DNA of 64,000 bases from an uncultured Bacteroidales bacterium (GTDB lineage: Bacteria > Bacteroidota > Bacteroidia > Bacteroidales > Paludibacteraceae): contig CACYGT010000001.1 in the NCBI GenBank assembly GCA_902774075.1, positions 7,820-71,819 of the forward strand, in the 5' to 3' direction. Below the pieces are notes generated by a model, which did no database searches, was not told the DNA's origin, and worked only from the letters and a program-made list of their open reading frames with translations. The translations under genes and the position numbers were made by a program. Shown here piece by piece: positions 17,801 through 24,973 of this stretch; the stretch's first letter is position 1; every line of letters starts with the position of its first letter.

Positions 17801-20033
17801 AGAGTTGTATATCCGCATCAAGACCGATCAGAAACTGACCATCTCTTCTTCGACGCCGATGTACAGCACCCTGACCACTCCGATCAACACAGCCGAGTTG
17901 GCTCAGTTAGCTGTTCCGAACGTTGATTATGACGTTCCTGCCGGCGGTAAATGGTTTGCTGTTTGCTTACCGTACATCCGTAACAACTATAAGATTACGA
18001 AAGAATCCAAGTTCACTGTTACCAACCCGCATGCGGAGGCAGTGAAGGTGAGCGGTACGGCTACATGGATGGATACATTGATCTATGATATCCCGAGACG
18101 CGAGCGTTCTATCAAAGCGAATGCAAGCTACGAGAAGACCTTCTACCGCGCTATTGAGAAAGGTCTCGAACGCGCAGGCTTTAACTACTCGTTAGAAGAG
18201 ACGAACCCGACATTCGTAGATAGCATCGTACGTGAGTATGTCACCGATGATTCGCTAACAATGTACATCTATTTCAATGCAGAGAAAGATCTGAAGTTCC
18301 GCATTGACTTAGAGCGTACGACCGCTGAGTCTTGCAACAACGCAATGATGTTCGACTGGGAGCACGGTAATGTCAATGAGGCCGATACGTGCATGTGGTA
18401 TAAGGTAGAACTGGATTCGACCTTCATCCCCAAGGATAAGGATATCTTGCTGCATGTAGAGAACTGGAGCAGTACAGCAGAGAACACGACAGCGGAGATC
18501 CGCTTCATGTGCGATGATGTGCCGACGACCATAAACCAGACGATTGCTGCTAACGGCGAGAAATCGCACTCGATTGACCGCGACTTGATTGATCGTATGG
18601 AGTGGCCGAACTACATGTTCATTAAGTTCACTTCCGAGCAAGCTACTCATATCTGGGCAGAACTCGTTCCCGCTAAGCCACGTGATAGCCTTGTATTCAA
18701 CGAGAAACTGTATCTCTGCGACGGCGCTACCTATACGGATACCTTGGTTATCCCGAACGTAGATCACGTGATCAACTATGCAGACGCTTCGACGCTGAAA
18801 TGGACCGATAAGATTGAGTTCCAGAACGATACAGCGGTTGCTGTTTGGGATTCGATTGTACACTTCACCGTGATTCCGTTGGTTGACCCGACGATGTACA
18901 ACTTCGCAGACATTCCTGCTGAGTCGAAGCCTGTTATCAAGAAGGGCAACCCGATTGATGTAACGGCTGCAACGACCTGGCTGAACGGTAAGTTCGCTGA
19001 GGAGCAAGCGGCTGCAACGGGTGACTCGATCAAGAAAGTAGATACGCTCCTCTGGGAGTGGAAGTGCAAAGACTGCACCGAGTTTGCAGCACTGCCGGCT
19101 ACGGCGCTTGACCACGAGGCAGTCGTGCTCCGCTTCGTCGCAGTGACACAGTGTGAGGACTCCCTCTATTCGGATGACCTCTACCATCATATCCACGACA
19201 CCGTAGAGGTAGAGAGCTGTAAGGCATACAAGTGGGATGCTACCGGTGTAACCTATACCGAGAGTACCACCGATTCTGCAACCTACCATAAGTATGTAAA
19301 CGGTTGTGACAGTATTTCCGTTCTCGACCTGACGATCACTCCGCTTACTCCGGGTGACACCACTGCTACGGCTTGTAACTGGTTCATCTGGCATGTGACG
19401 GGTGATACGCTCACCGCAACCGGTGACTATGTAGGTCATATCGACGTAGACGGTTGCGACAGTACGGTTACGTTGCACCTCACGGTTAACAATCCGTATA
19501 TCGCTACCCTTCCGGCTCTAGCACGTTATGGCAACCGTCTGTTGATGATTGACCGCAACGCTATCAAGGACATGGGTTGGAACCTGCCGGATTCGATTGA
19601 CGCAGGCTATGTACAGTGGTTCAAAGAGCTGCTGCCGAACGACAGCCTCGTCGGAACCGGTTACTACTACACCTCTAAGGACGGTAGCCCGCTGGTAGGT
19701 ACGTACTATGCACGTATCGAGATTGCTGCTACTACCGAAGGCGAGTGCGGACAGATCGGTGAAACGAACCGTCTGGTATGCGCTCCGGCTGCAGGTGCTC
19801 CGGCACTGATGCCGTCGCTGGCTAAGCCGAACGAGGATATCTTAGTGATCAACCTCGATCCGGAGAAAGAGACCGTCATTCGTGTATTCACCACCGAGGG
19901 CTTGGTACAGAGTCAATACGTCGTTCGCGGCGAATCGACCTACACCATCAAGGCTGCGGCTGATCACGGCTTCTATCTCGTTGAGCTGAGCAATGACAGC
20001 ATGAATTCAACATTACGTTATATTGTTAAATAA
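14847..20033 (+). CDS. Giant T9SS cargo protein (1728 aa) with about ten tandem WY domains and a type-A C-terminal sorting domain
   Basis: Signal peptide MKKFLLLTMVSMMTVFAMA. Repeated ~120-130 aa units. Two GCDS modules near the C-terminus. The C-terminal ~73 aa resemble a T9SS CTD. Confidence 0.9.
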   Translation: MKKFLLLTMVSMMTVFAMAIGRNDGSTKANAIDFDWDGGHVQVGDTVKWYRVDLTPLYSEENPALTLYMVSQSLLDTVDCKLNATVAGQSEEKTYTIMPGKTMSWTANASMLVRLKQTEVYLTLKTTPRNADSESARIKLSAKVYDAIDLDEACKNAKLFDWTNGITQSRGAMQWFKVDLKKAKAKDSVDVCIAITNTGSGTLNLRAGQSLDCPSSGMTKRSFVIAAGKTVYDTIPLSMIKSVAADELYVTFDNNQPIAVKANYVAWPPVPLLDCDAVTWDSLPVVTNQVLNPGKHYLKINVQQMNDSAKYEPEFTFRNNGDADATINRKMSFECPVWGWQGDEITLAAGAEKIEVIKKNVVEGITVPYIYLVIENDQPFTLIGRYKHVREGKACKSNIDFNWETGHTQDGKTTQWYAIDVTEAKDDIRDIKITVKNLGYDKATVSASLAFSCPYIDLQEITRTLAKDESITRKIGYSTYAMMSDTIWVGVTTDQDIQILADTSSIETKPADPNDPCLEAIEFNWEDGAKQSANDTVWYKLGMDEVRELQQFPTIYVRNLSSENEATIYGALSLECPDTIPNQERSLKIAKNGTYSKKISRNMFENIKQDTIYLRVVATEDVAFEIRLTEEAEGASCTSAIRFNWVSGNDQAANANLWYAVDLREAMQSNKDIHIKAVNKGDTVCKGTVEMAYTCPYESTQSAGFKINPKDSVTKTMPHSSLETLTDSTLYVRVYGNTPLHFDVRMVDPAHFDTIECAEIEANLTELKWNTLYTQKTDTAWYLLKKESLDSLFSGEVTPEAHAWDTLGRPIKIKAEIAYHCPVTATMMNKQITLTDGEYVKKIDPSTAQQLAGRDTVLVRIITDGAFKFEARLVSPWTGNKPKDAIRIDWNKEYVQEANTIMWYRIRSYELKQLENLDGRSLHVFSKNHGGKATMEVAVYEDIAQTDKEDMIEYYTGRKEVRKIPAGHTVSRNIPSYVIKGLADKELYIRIKTDQKLTISSSTPMYSTLTTPINTAELAQLAVPNVDYDVPAGGKWFAVCLPYIRNNYKITKESKFTVTNPHAEAVKVSGTATWMDTLIYDIPRRERSIKANASYEKTFYRAIEKGLERAGFNYSLEETNPTFVDSIVREYVTDDSLTMYIYFNAEKDLKFRIDLERTTAESCNNAMMFDWEHGNVNEADTCMWYKVELDSTFIPKDKDILLHVENWSSTAENTTAEIRFMCDDVPTTINQTIAANGEKSHSIDRDLIDRMEWPNYMFIKFTSEQATHIWAELVPAKPRDSLVFNEKLYLCDGATYTDTLVIPNVDHVINYADASTLKWTDKIEFQNDTAVAVWDSIVHFTVIPLVDPTMYNFADIPAESKPVIKKGNPIDVTAATTWLNGKFAEEQAAATGDSIKKVDTLLWEWKCKDCTEFAALPATALDHEAVVLRFVAVTQCEDSLYSDDLYHHIHDTVEVESCKAYKWDATGVTYTESTTDSATYHKYVNGCDSISVLDLTITPLTPGDTTATACNWFIWHVTGDTLTATGDYVGHIDVDGCDSTVTLHLTVNNPYIATLPALARYGNRLLMIDRNAIKDMGWNLPDSIDAGYVQWFKELLPNDSLVGTGYYYTSKDGSPLVGTYYARIEIAATTEGECGQIGETNRLVCAPAAGAPALMPSLAKPNEDILVINLDPEKETVIRVFTTEGLVQSQYVVRGESTYTIKAAADHGFYLVELSNDSMNSTLRYIVK
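14925..18690 (+). repeat. About ten tandem protein-domain repeats (~120-130 aa each) inside the 1728-aa CDS
   Basis: Each unit opens with (C)..A..F.W..G.......(W/H)(Y/F).(V/I)(D)L. Examples: ANAIDFDWDGG..VKWYRVDL, ACKNAKLFDWTNG..MQWFKVDL, ACKSNIDFNWETG..TQWYAIDV, PCLEAIEFNWEDG..TVWYKLGM, SCTSAIRFNWVSG..NLWYAVDL, KDAIRIDWNKE..IMWYRIRS, SCNNAMMFDWEHG..CMWYKVEL. Most units have a mid-unit x-C-P (LDCPSSG, FECPVWG, FSCPYID, LECPDTI, YTCPYES, YHCPVTA) and close with (L)Y(V/I)R(V/I). The units are diverged at the DNA level. Confidence 0.7.
19812..20030 (+). other. T9SS type-A C-terminal sorting domain (CTD) of the 1728-aa protein
   Basis: PSLAKPNEDILVINLDPEKETVIRVFTTEGLVQSQYVVRGESTYTIKAAADHGFYLVELSNDSMNSTLRYIVK. 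This fits the remembered CTD pattern (P-N-x-x-x-l-x-i near the start, an i-x-v-f-x-x-x-G mid strand, G-x-Y-l-v and a K-terminal strand). Not HMM-verified. Confidence 0.65.
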
Positions 20034-20050
20034 GAATAGGAGGTAGCACA

Positions 20051-21514
20051 ATGAAGACTTTTAAATCAATTCTGATTGCAGCCACCCTGATATGCGCTTC
20101 TGCGTCGATGCTTTCGGCGCAGGAAGCAGCGCAGCCCGCACAAGGCCATCAATGGAAAGTGGCTATCGGCGACTCCGTAAAGATTAAACCTGAGTGCCAA
20201 GAGTACCTCACCGGTGAGACTCCCTCCAGCTGGGTATGGGATAAGATTCACACCGTTCGTCAGCTGGGAACCAAACGTTTCCCGGAAGGCGTACTGCTGA
20301 TGAATATCTACTCCTGGATCTGCGAAGACTGCTTAGTTCCTGCCGGTCAAACCGAGGAAGAGGCAGCACAAGCAGCCAAAGGTCAAAAGACTGAAGTAGC
20401 CAATGAGGCACCGAACAAAGCTAAAGAAGCTGTAGCTCCGGCAGAAGCAGAAGCCGCAGCTGCAGCTGCATCCGCAGCCGCAGCCGCTGGTGCGGCAACC
20501 GAACAAGCTCAAGCTGCTGAAGGCGCACAAGCAGCAGCACAACCTGCTGAAGGCGCACAAGAGGCACAACCGGCTGAGGCGGCTCAAGAAGCAGCTCCTG
20601 CTGCAGAGCAACCTGCTGAGCAGGCTGCCGCAGAAGGTGACTCGATTCGCACCAAGCAGAACTTCGACCACAACTACCATCGCTTCACCATCGGTGTTCG
20701 CGGCGGTGCCGCTTCGCTCTTGCACGAGACCACAAACGGTCATTGGGCTTGTGGTGGCGAAGGTGTTCTCGACCTGCAGTATGCACATTACTGGTCCAAG
20801 GACGGTCGTCCTGTTGATCTCGGTTTGATCACCGGTATCGGTATCGGTTATTCGCAGAGCGGTATGAACGCCAATGTGGATACCTACAAGCAGATTCCGG
20901 ATCCTACCAGCGGCAAGAACATCGACTATACCGTGCATGTAGACAACGTCAACGAACGTGACGGTGTCGTAGTATTGGAGATCCCGTTGATGTTCTCGCT
21001 CATCCATGAATCCGGATTCTTCTTCAATGTAGGTCCTCGATTCATGTTGCCGGTTTATCTGCCCTATACGCAAACCCTCTCCAACAATGCCAACACGTAT
21101 ATCTCGGCCTTCTTTGAGGAGACCGGCGTGCTGGTGTCGAACGAGGTGATCACCGGTCTGTTGAAAGAGACGGATTATACCACCAAGGGTAGTCCTGTTA
21201 ACCCGGTATCGTTCAATCTTCTTTTGGGCGCAGAGTTAGGATACGAGTGGACGCTGAAGAACGGTAACTCGCTCGGTCTGGGTGTATACGGTAACTATGG
21301 TGTATATCATAGCTTCACCAACAACACGACAGACAAATCGCTGGTTGAGGTTACTCCTCCGACAGATAGCGACGTAGCTGCCATCAATGTTCATTCTGCC
21401 ACGAGCACTTATGCGAACAAATTGGGTTACTTCGGAGCCGGTATCAAGTTGGCATACCACTTCAACTTTCCCAAGAAGAACGCGAAGAACTACCGTGCAC
21501 AAAAGTTATTCTGA
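20051..21514 (+). CDS. Outer-membrane beta-barrel protein (487 aa) with a small N-terminal globular domain and an Ala/Glu/Gln-rich spacer
   Basis: Signal peptide ...ASMLSAQ. ~70-aa Cys-containing N-domain and ~100-aa low-complexity linker. The C-terminal ~290 aa have alternating-hydrophobic strands, end in aromatic F (..YRAQKLF) and are rich in G/Y/N, as in porin-like barrels. Confidence 0.75.
   Translation: MKTFKSILIAATLICASASMLSAQEAAQPAQGHQWKVAIGDSVKIKPECQEYLTGETPSSWVWDKIHTVRQLGTKRFPEGVLLMNIYSWICEDCLVPAGQTEEEAAQAAKGQKTEVANEAPNKAKEAVAPAEAEAAAAAASAAAAAGAATEQAQAAEGAQAAAQPAEGAQEAQPAEAAQEAAPAAEQPAEQAAAEGDSIRTKQNFDHNYHRFTIGVRGGAASLLHETTNGHWACGGEGVLDLQYAHYWSKDGRPVDLGLITGIGIGYSQSGMNANVDTYKQIPDPTSGKNIDYTVHVDNVNERDGVVVLEIPLMFSLIHESGFFFNVGPRFMLPVYLPYTQTLSNNANTYISAFFEETGVLVSNEVITGLLKETDYTTKGSPVNPVSFNLLLGAELGYEWTLKNGNSLGLGVYGNYGVYHSFTNNTTDKSLVEVTPPTDSDVAAINVHSATSTYANKLGYFGAGIKLAYHFNFPKKNAKNYRAQKLF
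20342..20638 (+). repeat. Low-complexity A/E/Q/P-rich coding repeat (imperfect tandem AEGAQ / QPAE units)
   Basis: Encodes ..AEAEAAAAAASAAAAAGAATEQAQAAEGAQAAAQPAEGAQEAQPAEAAQEAAPAAEQPAEQAAAEG. The DNA shows reiterated gctgaaggcgcacaag and related units. Confidence 0.8.
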
Positions 21515-21521
21515 TTAGCGC

Positions 21522-22193
21522 ATGACGATACTTTGTTGCGAAACAAGTACATCTGTTTGTTCGGCCGCCATCTGCAAGGATGGCGAGCCGATTAAGCAGT
21601 GTATCTGCCGTGAGGGAAGCAACCACGCCCGGTTGCTACCTCTCTATATAGAGGAGTTGCTCTCGTTCGCGCGAGAGCAATCCTTCTCTATAGACGCGGT
21701 GGCCTTGTCCGAAGGTCCGGGCAGTTATACCGGCCTCCGTATCGGCACGGCAACCGCCAAAGGACTCTGCTACGGACTCAATGTCCCACTGATACCTGTG
21801 CCGACGCTGGAGGTGCTCAAAGTAGCGTCCGGTATAAAGGAAGGAATCCTCATTCCCATGATTGACGCACGCCGAATGGAAGTGTATACTTCGGTGAGCG
21901 GTGAGGGGTTACCGGTTAGCGGAGCTCGCGCTGTCATAGTGGAGAATGAAGAAAGTCTCTATTCCGGTAACGGGGAGATCTATTACTTCGGTGACGGAGC
22001 AGAAAAGTGCTTAAAAGTCTTGACAAAGTCTAATTGGCACTATATCCCCGATATCGTGCCCGAAGCGCAATACGTAGGCCTGTTAGCCGAATGCGGTCAA
22101 CGAAAAGTAGAAAGTAAGGACTTGGCGTACTACGAGCCGTTCTATCTGAAAGAGTTTGTGGCCGCACAAAGTCATGTCAAAGGTTTGAAATGA
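21522..22193 (+). CDS. tsaB: tRNA threonylcarbamoyladenosine (t6A) biosynthesis protein TsaB (YeaZ)
   Basis: 223 aa. Has SEGPGSYTGLRIGTATAKGL, typical of TsaB/YeaZ, plus an N-terminal ILCCETST ASKHA-fold start. Confidence 0.85.
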   Translation: MTILCCETSTSVCSAAICKDGEPIKQCICREGSNHARLLPLYIEELLSFAREQSFSIDAVALSEGPGSYTGLRIGTATAKGLCYGLNVPLIPVPTLEVLKVASGIKEGILIPMIDARRMEVYTSVSGEGLPVSGARAVIVENEESLYSGNGEIYYFGDGAEKCLKVLTKSNWHYIPDIVPEAQYVGLLAECGQRKVESKDLAYYEPFYLKEFVAAQSHVKGLK

Positions 22194-24793
22194 AAATATC
22201 AAATCTTAAATATCAAATTGTAAATATCATCATTTTAATGATGATCCTCTCCTCGTGTTCGACAACGAAGAACACCTGGGCAAGTCGTTCCTTTCACCAG
22301 ACGAAAGTCAAATATAACATCCTTTATAACGGCAATGTGGCATATGAGGAAGGCCTCAAAGCAATCCGCGATGCCAACACCGACGACTATAGTCGTATCC
22401 TAAACCTTTATCCGGTATCTAACCATCAAGCGGCTGCAGCAGCCAGCTCTCAGATGGACCGAACGATTGACAAATGCCGCAAGTGCATCAAGCTGCACTC
22501 TATTAAAACGAAACCAAAACGTAACCCAAAGAAGGTTAACGATCCCAAATACAAACTGTGGTTGCAATCGGAGGAGTTCAATGCCAACATGGACTTGGCC
22601 TGGATACGTCTGGGCGAAGCGGAGTTCCATAAAGGCGATTTCCTCGGCGCCGTCAGTACGTTCAATTATATCATCAACCACTACCAGAACGACCCGGATA
22701 TGATTGCGCAATGCCAGTTATGGATTGCGCGTGCGTATGCAGAGATGGGCTGGCAGTACGAGGCGGAAGACATGCTCAACCGCGTCAACCTGGATGCACT
22801 GAGCCGTAAGCATGCACGTCTCTTTTCTGCTGTCAAAGCGGATGTGCTCTTGCACGGCGAGCATTACCACGAAGCTATTCCATTCGTCAAGATAGCTATC
22901 CCGTATGAGAAACGCAAGATCTACCGTCCGCGGTTTGTGTATGTGTTAGGTCAGTTATACGAGCGCGAAGGCAAACGCGAAGAAGCTATCCGCGCATATA
23001 AGTACGTTATTCGTATGGCGCCACCCAATGAGATGGATTTCAATGCGCGCATTCATATGGCGGAGCTGGGCGGCAAGAGTTCGCTGAGATCCTTGCGTGC
23101 GATGTCCAAACAGTCCAAACACAAAGACCGGTTAGACCGGATCTACGGCGCGATGGGTAATATCTACTTGCAGTCAAAGGACACCTCCAAAGCGCTGGAG
23201 ATGTACGAGGAGGCGATAGCCAAAGCAACACAAGCAGGGACGGCCAAAGCCGCTGTGCTCGTGCGCGCGGGCGATATATATTATGAACAACGCGCGTACG
23301 TGAAGGCGCAACCTTGTTACCGCGAAGCCGTGACTATCCTCACGGCGGAGAATGATGCTTTTGCACGCGTGCAGAAGCGCTCGGAAGTGCTGGACGAATT
23401 GATTGTCGCTTATACCCAAGCCCAACTGCAGGACTCGCTGCAACGCCTGGGTCATATGACTGAAGCCGAACAGCGCGCAATAGTGGATAAGATCATTGCG
23501 GACTTGATAGCAGCAGAGAAAGCCGATTCGATCAAGCAGACAGAGGACGCGCGTGAGTTGGCACGTGGTGACTCCCGACCGCGCAGTGTGAACACAGCGA
23601 ACATGTTAGGCGGCTCGGGGGCGCAGAAAGGTGAGTGGTATTTCTACAATCCGCAACTCATCAAACAAGGCCAGCAGGAGTGGCGTCGCCGTTGGGGAAA
23701 CCGTCCGCTGGAGGATAACTGGCGAAGACAGAACAAACAGGTTTTCATAACGGATGAAGGAATGAACGGTGAAGGGACGAACGGTGATATACAGGCAGGA
23801 GACTCTACCAAGTTGGCCGGTGATTCGATCGTTTCTCGTCCGGCTCTGGAGACCGATACGCATAAGCCGGAATACTACCTGCAGCAGATACCGTGCACCG
23901 AAGAGGATTATGCCATCAGCGACAGTCTGTGGCGAGAGGCGATGGTGGCGCTCTATTATATCTACCGCGACAAGGTAGAAGATGAGTCGCTGGCACAAGA
24001 GACCTTGCAGGAACTGGAGAAACGCTTCCCGCACCATGCTTGTGTACAAGCTATCCATGAGGATGAAGAGCTGCGCGCCTTGCGGCATGATGCCGCTTAT
24101 ATCGCGCGTATGCGGAAGCTCTTAGCGGAGCAAGACTCGCTTTATGCCGCTACGTATCGGGCGTATACCAAAGGACAGTATGCCATCGTCAAGGCCAATA
24201 AACAACAGGCTCAGACCGAGTTTCCGGAAAGCCGTCTGATGCCGCGATTCCTGTTCCTCAACGCCGTGTCTGTGGCTCGTACGGAAGGACAGGACGCTTT
24301 CGTGGTAGAGCTGCAAGACCTGGTAACCAAGTACGGCGAGACCGAGTTAGGTACGATGGCCAAGGATATGTTAGCGATGTTAGGTCAGGGTCGCGAGAGC
24401 CAGACCGGCGGTTCGACAGGCAGCTTGGCCGACATGCGCGGACAGGTTGAGGAAGAACCCGAAGATACGACGGCAGCGCAAGAGTGGTCGGAGGACCGCA
24501 AGCAACCGTCTGTAGTGCTGCTTATCATGGCGAAAGCCGACGAGCAGGCCCTGAACGAACTGCTGTACGAAGTGGCATTGTTTAACTTCTCGCAGTTCCT
24601 GATTCGCGATTTCGAACTACAGAAACTGCCTGTTTGGGGTGAAGGATGCGCATTGCGTGTCAGCGGCTTTGCCGACCTCGACGAAGCCGAATGGTGGGTG
24701 GACCTTGTTAACAAGAACGCCGAGATGAAGGCGGTACTGGCGAATATACAAATAAAGGCAGTTACCGAAGTCAACCTCCCCTTATTGAAATAA
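22190..24793 (+). CDS. porW: TPR-repeat lipoprotein, likely the T9SS component PorW/SprE
   Basis: 867 aa. Lipobox LSSC, then NTWASRSFHQTKVKYNILYNGN and TPR-like helical repeats. Size and N-terminal motif match my recollection of SprE/PorW. ATGA overlap with tsaB. Not search-verified. Confidence 0.6.
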   Translation: MKISNLKYQIVNIIILMMILSSCSTTKNTWASRSFHQTKVKYNILYNGNVAYEEGLKAIRDANTDDYSRILNLYPVSNHQAAAAASSQMDRTIDKCRKCIKLHSIKTKPKRNPKKVNDPKYKLWLQSEEFNANMDLAWIRLGEAEFHKGDFLGAVSTFNYIINHYQNDPDMIAQCQLWIARAYAEMGWQYEAEDMLNRVNLDALSRKHARLFSAVKADVLLHGEHYHEAIPFVKIAIPYEKRKIYRPRFVYVLGQLYEREGKREEAIRAYKYVIRMAPPNEMDFNARIHMAELGGKSSLRSLRAMSKQSKHKDRLDRIYGAMGNIYLQSKDTSKALEMYEEAIAKATQAGTAKAAVLVRAGDIYYEQRAYVKAQPCYREAVTILTAENDAFARVQKRSEVLDELIVAYTQAQLQDSLQRLGHMTEAEQRAIVDKIIADLIAAEKADSIKQTEDARELARGDSRPRSVNTANMLGGSGAQKGEWYFYNPQLIKQGQQEWRRRWGNRPLEDNWRRQNKQVFITDEGMNGEGTNGDIQAGDSTKLAGDSIVSRPALETDTHKPEYYLQQIPCTEEDYAISDSLWREAMVALYYIYRDKVEDESLAQETLQELEKRFPHHACVQAIHEDEELRALRHDAAYIARMRKLLAEQDSLYAATYRAYTKGQYAIVKANKQQAQTEFPESRLMPRFLFLNAVSVARTEGQDAFVVELQDLVTKYGETELGTMAKDMLAMLGQGRESQTGGSTGSLADMRGQVEEEPEDTTAAQEWSEDRKQPSVVLLIMAKADEQALNELLYEVALFNFSQFLIRDFELQKLPVWGEGCALRVSGFADLDEAEWWVDLVNKNAEMKAVLANIQIKAVTEVNLPLLK

Positions 24794-24823
24794 CAAAAAA
24801 AAGAACAGCCGAAACTGTTCTTT
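24794..24823. terminator. Bidirectional hairpin terminator between porW-like gene (+) and tRNA-Pro (-)
   Basis: A-run, then AGAACAG-ccgaaa-CTGTTCT, then TTT. The T-run needed for the minus-strand tRNA transcript is the complement of the upstream A8. Confidence 0.7.
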
Positions 24824-24825
24824 CG

Positions 24826-24899
24826 TCGGGGAGACGTGATTCGAACACGCGACCTCCGGTCCCCCAGACCGTTGCGCTACCGGGCTGCGCCACTCCCCG
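24826..24899 (-). tRNA. tRNA-Pro (anticodon GGG)
   Basis: The reverse complement CGGGGAGTGGCGCAGCCCGGTAGCGCAACGGTCTGGGGGACCGGAGGTCGCGTGTTCGAATCACGTCTCCCCGA folds by hand into a 74-nt cloverleaf. Acceptor stem 7 bp (CGGGGAG/CTCCCCG), D stem GCGC/GCGC, anticodon loop CTGGGGG (GGG at positions 34-36), T arm GCGTG-TTCGAAT-CACGT, discriminator A. CCA is not encoded. Confidence 0.9.
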
Positions 24900-24926
24900 A
24901 AGCTTTTGATTTTTCAAAAGCGGGTG

Positions 24927-24958
24927 CAAAGGTACTACAAAAAAATGACATACGCAAA
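24927..24958 (-). promoter_or_regulatory. Sigma-A type promoter for tRNA-Pro (minus strand)
   Basis: Reverse complement reads TTTGCGTATGTCATTTTTTTGTAGTACCTTTG. The -7 box TACCTTTG is at 24927-24934 and the -33 at 24955-24958. The box lies 28 nt upstream of the mature tRNA 5' end. Confidence 0.6.
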
Positions 24959-24973
24959 TTTTATTGCAAAATA

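Noticed and set aside
20034-20050. A Shine-Dalgarno-like GGAGG 8 nt upstream of the barrel gene's ATG.
   Set aside because: It is a single occurrence. Bacteroidota generally do not rely on SD pairing and the other genes here lack it, so it is not enough to claim special translational control.
24836-24973. N-terminal 46-aa extension of the miaB ORF in the ORF track.
   Set aside because: It runs through the minus-strand tRNA-Pro gene and its promoter. The conserved MiaB N-terminus (MTKKFYIETYGCQMN) begins at 24974.
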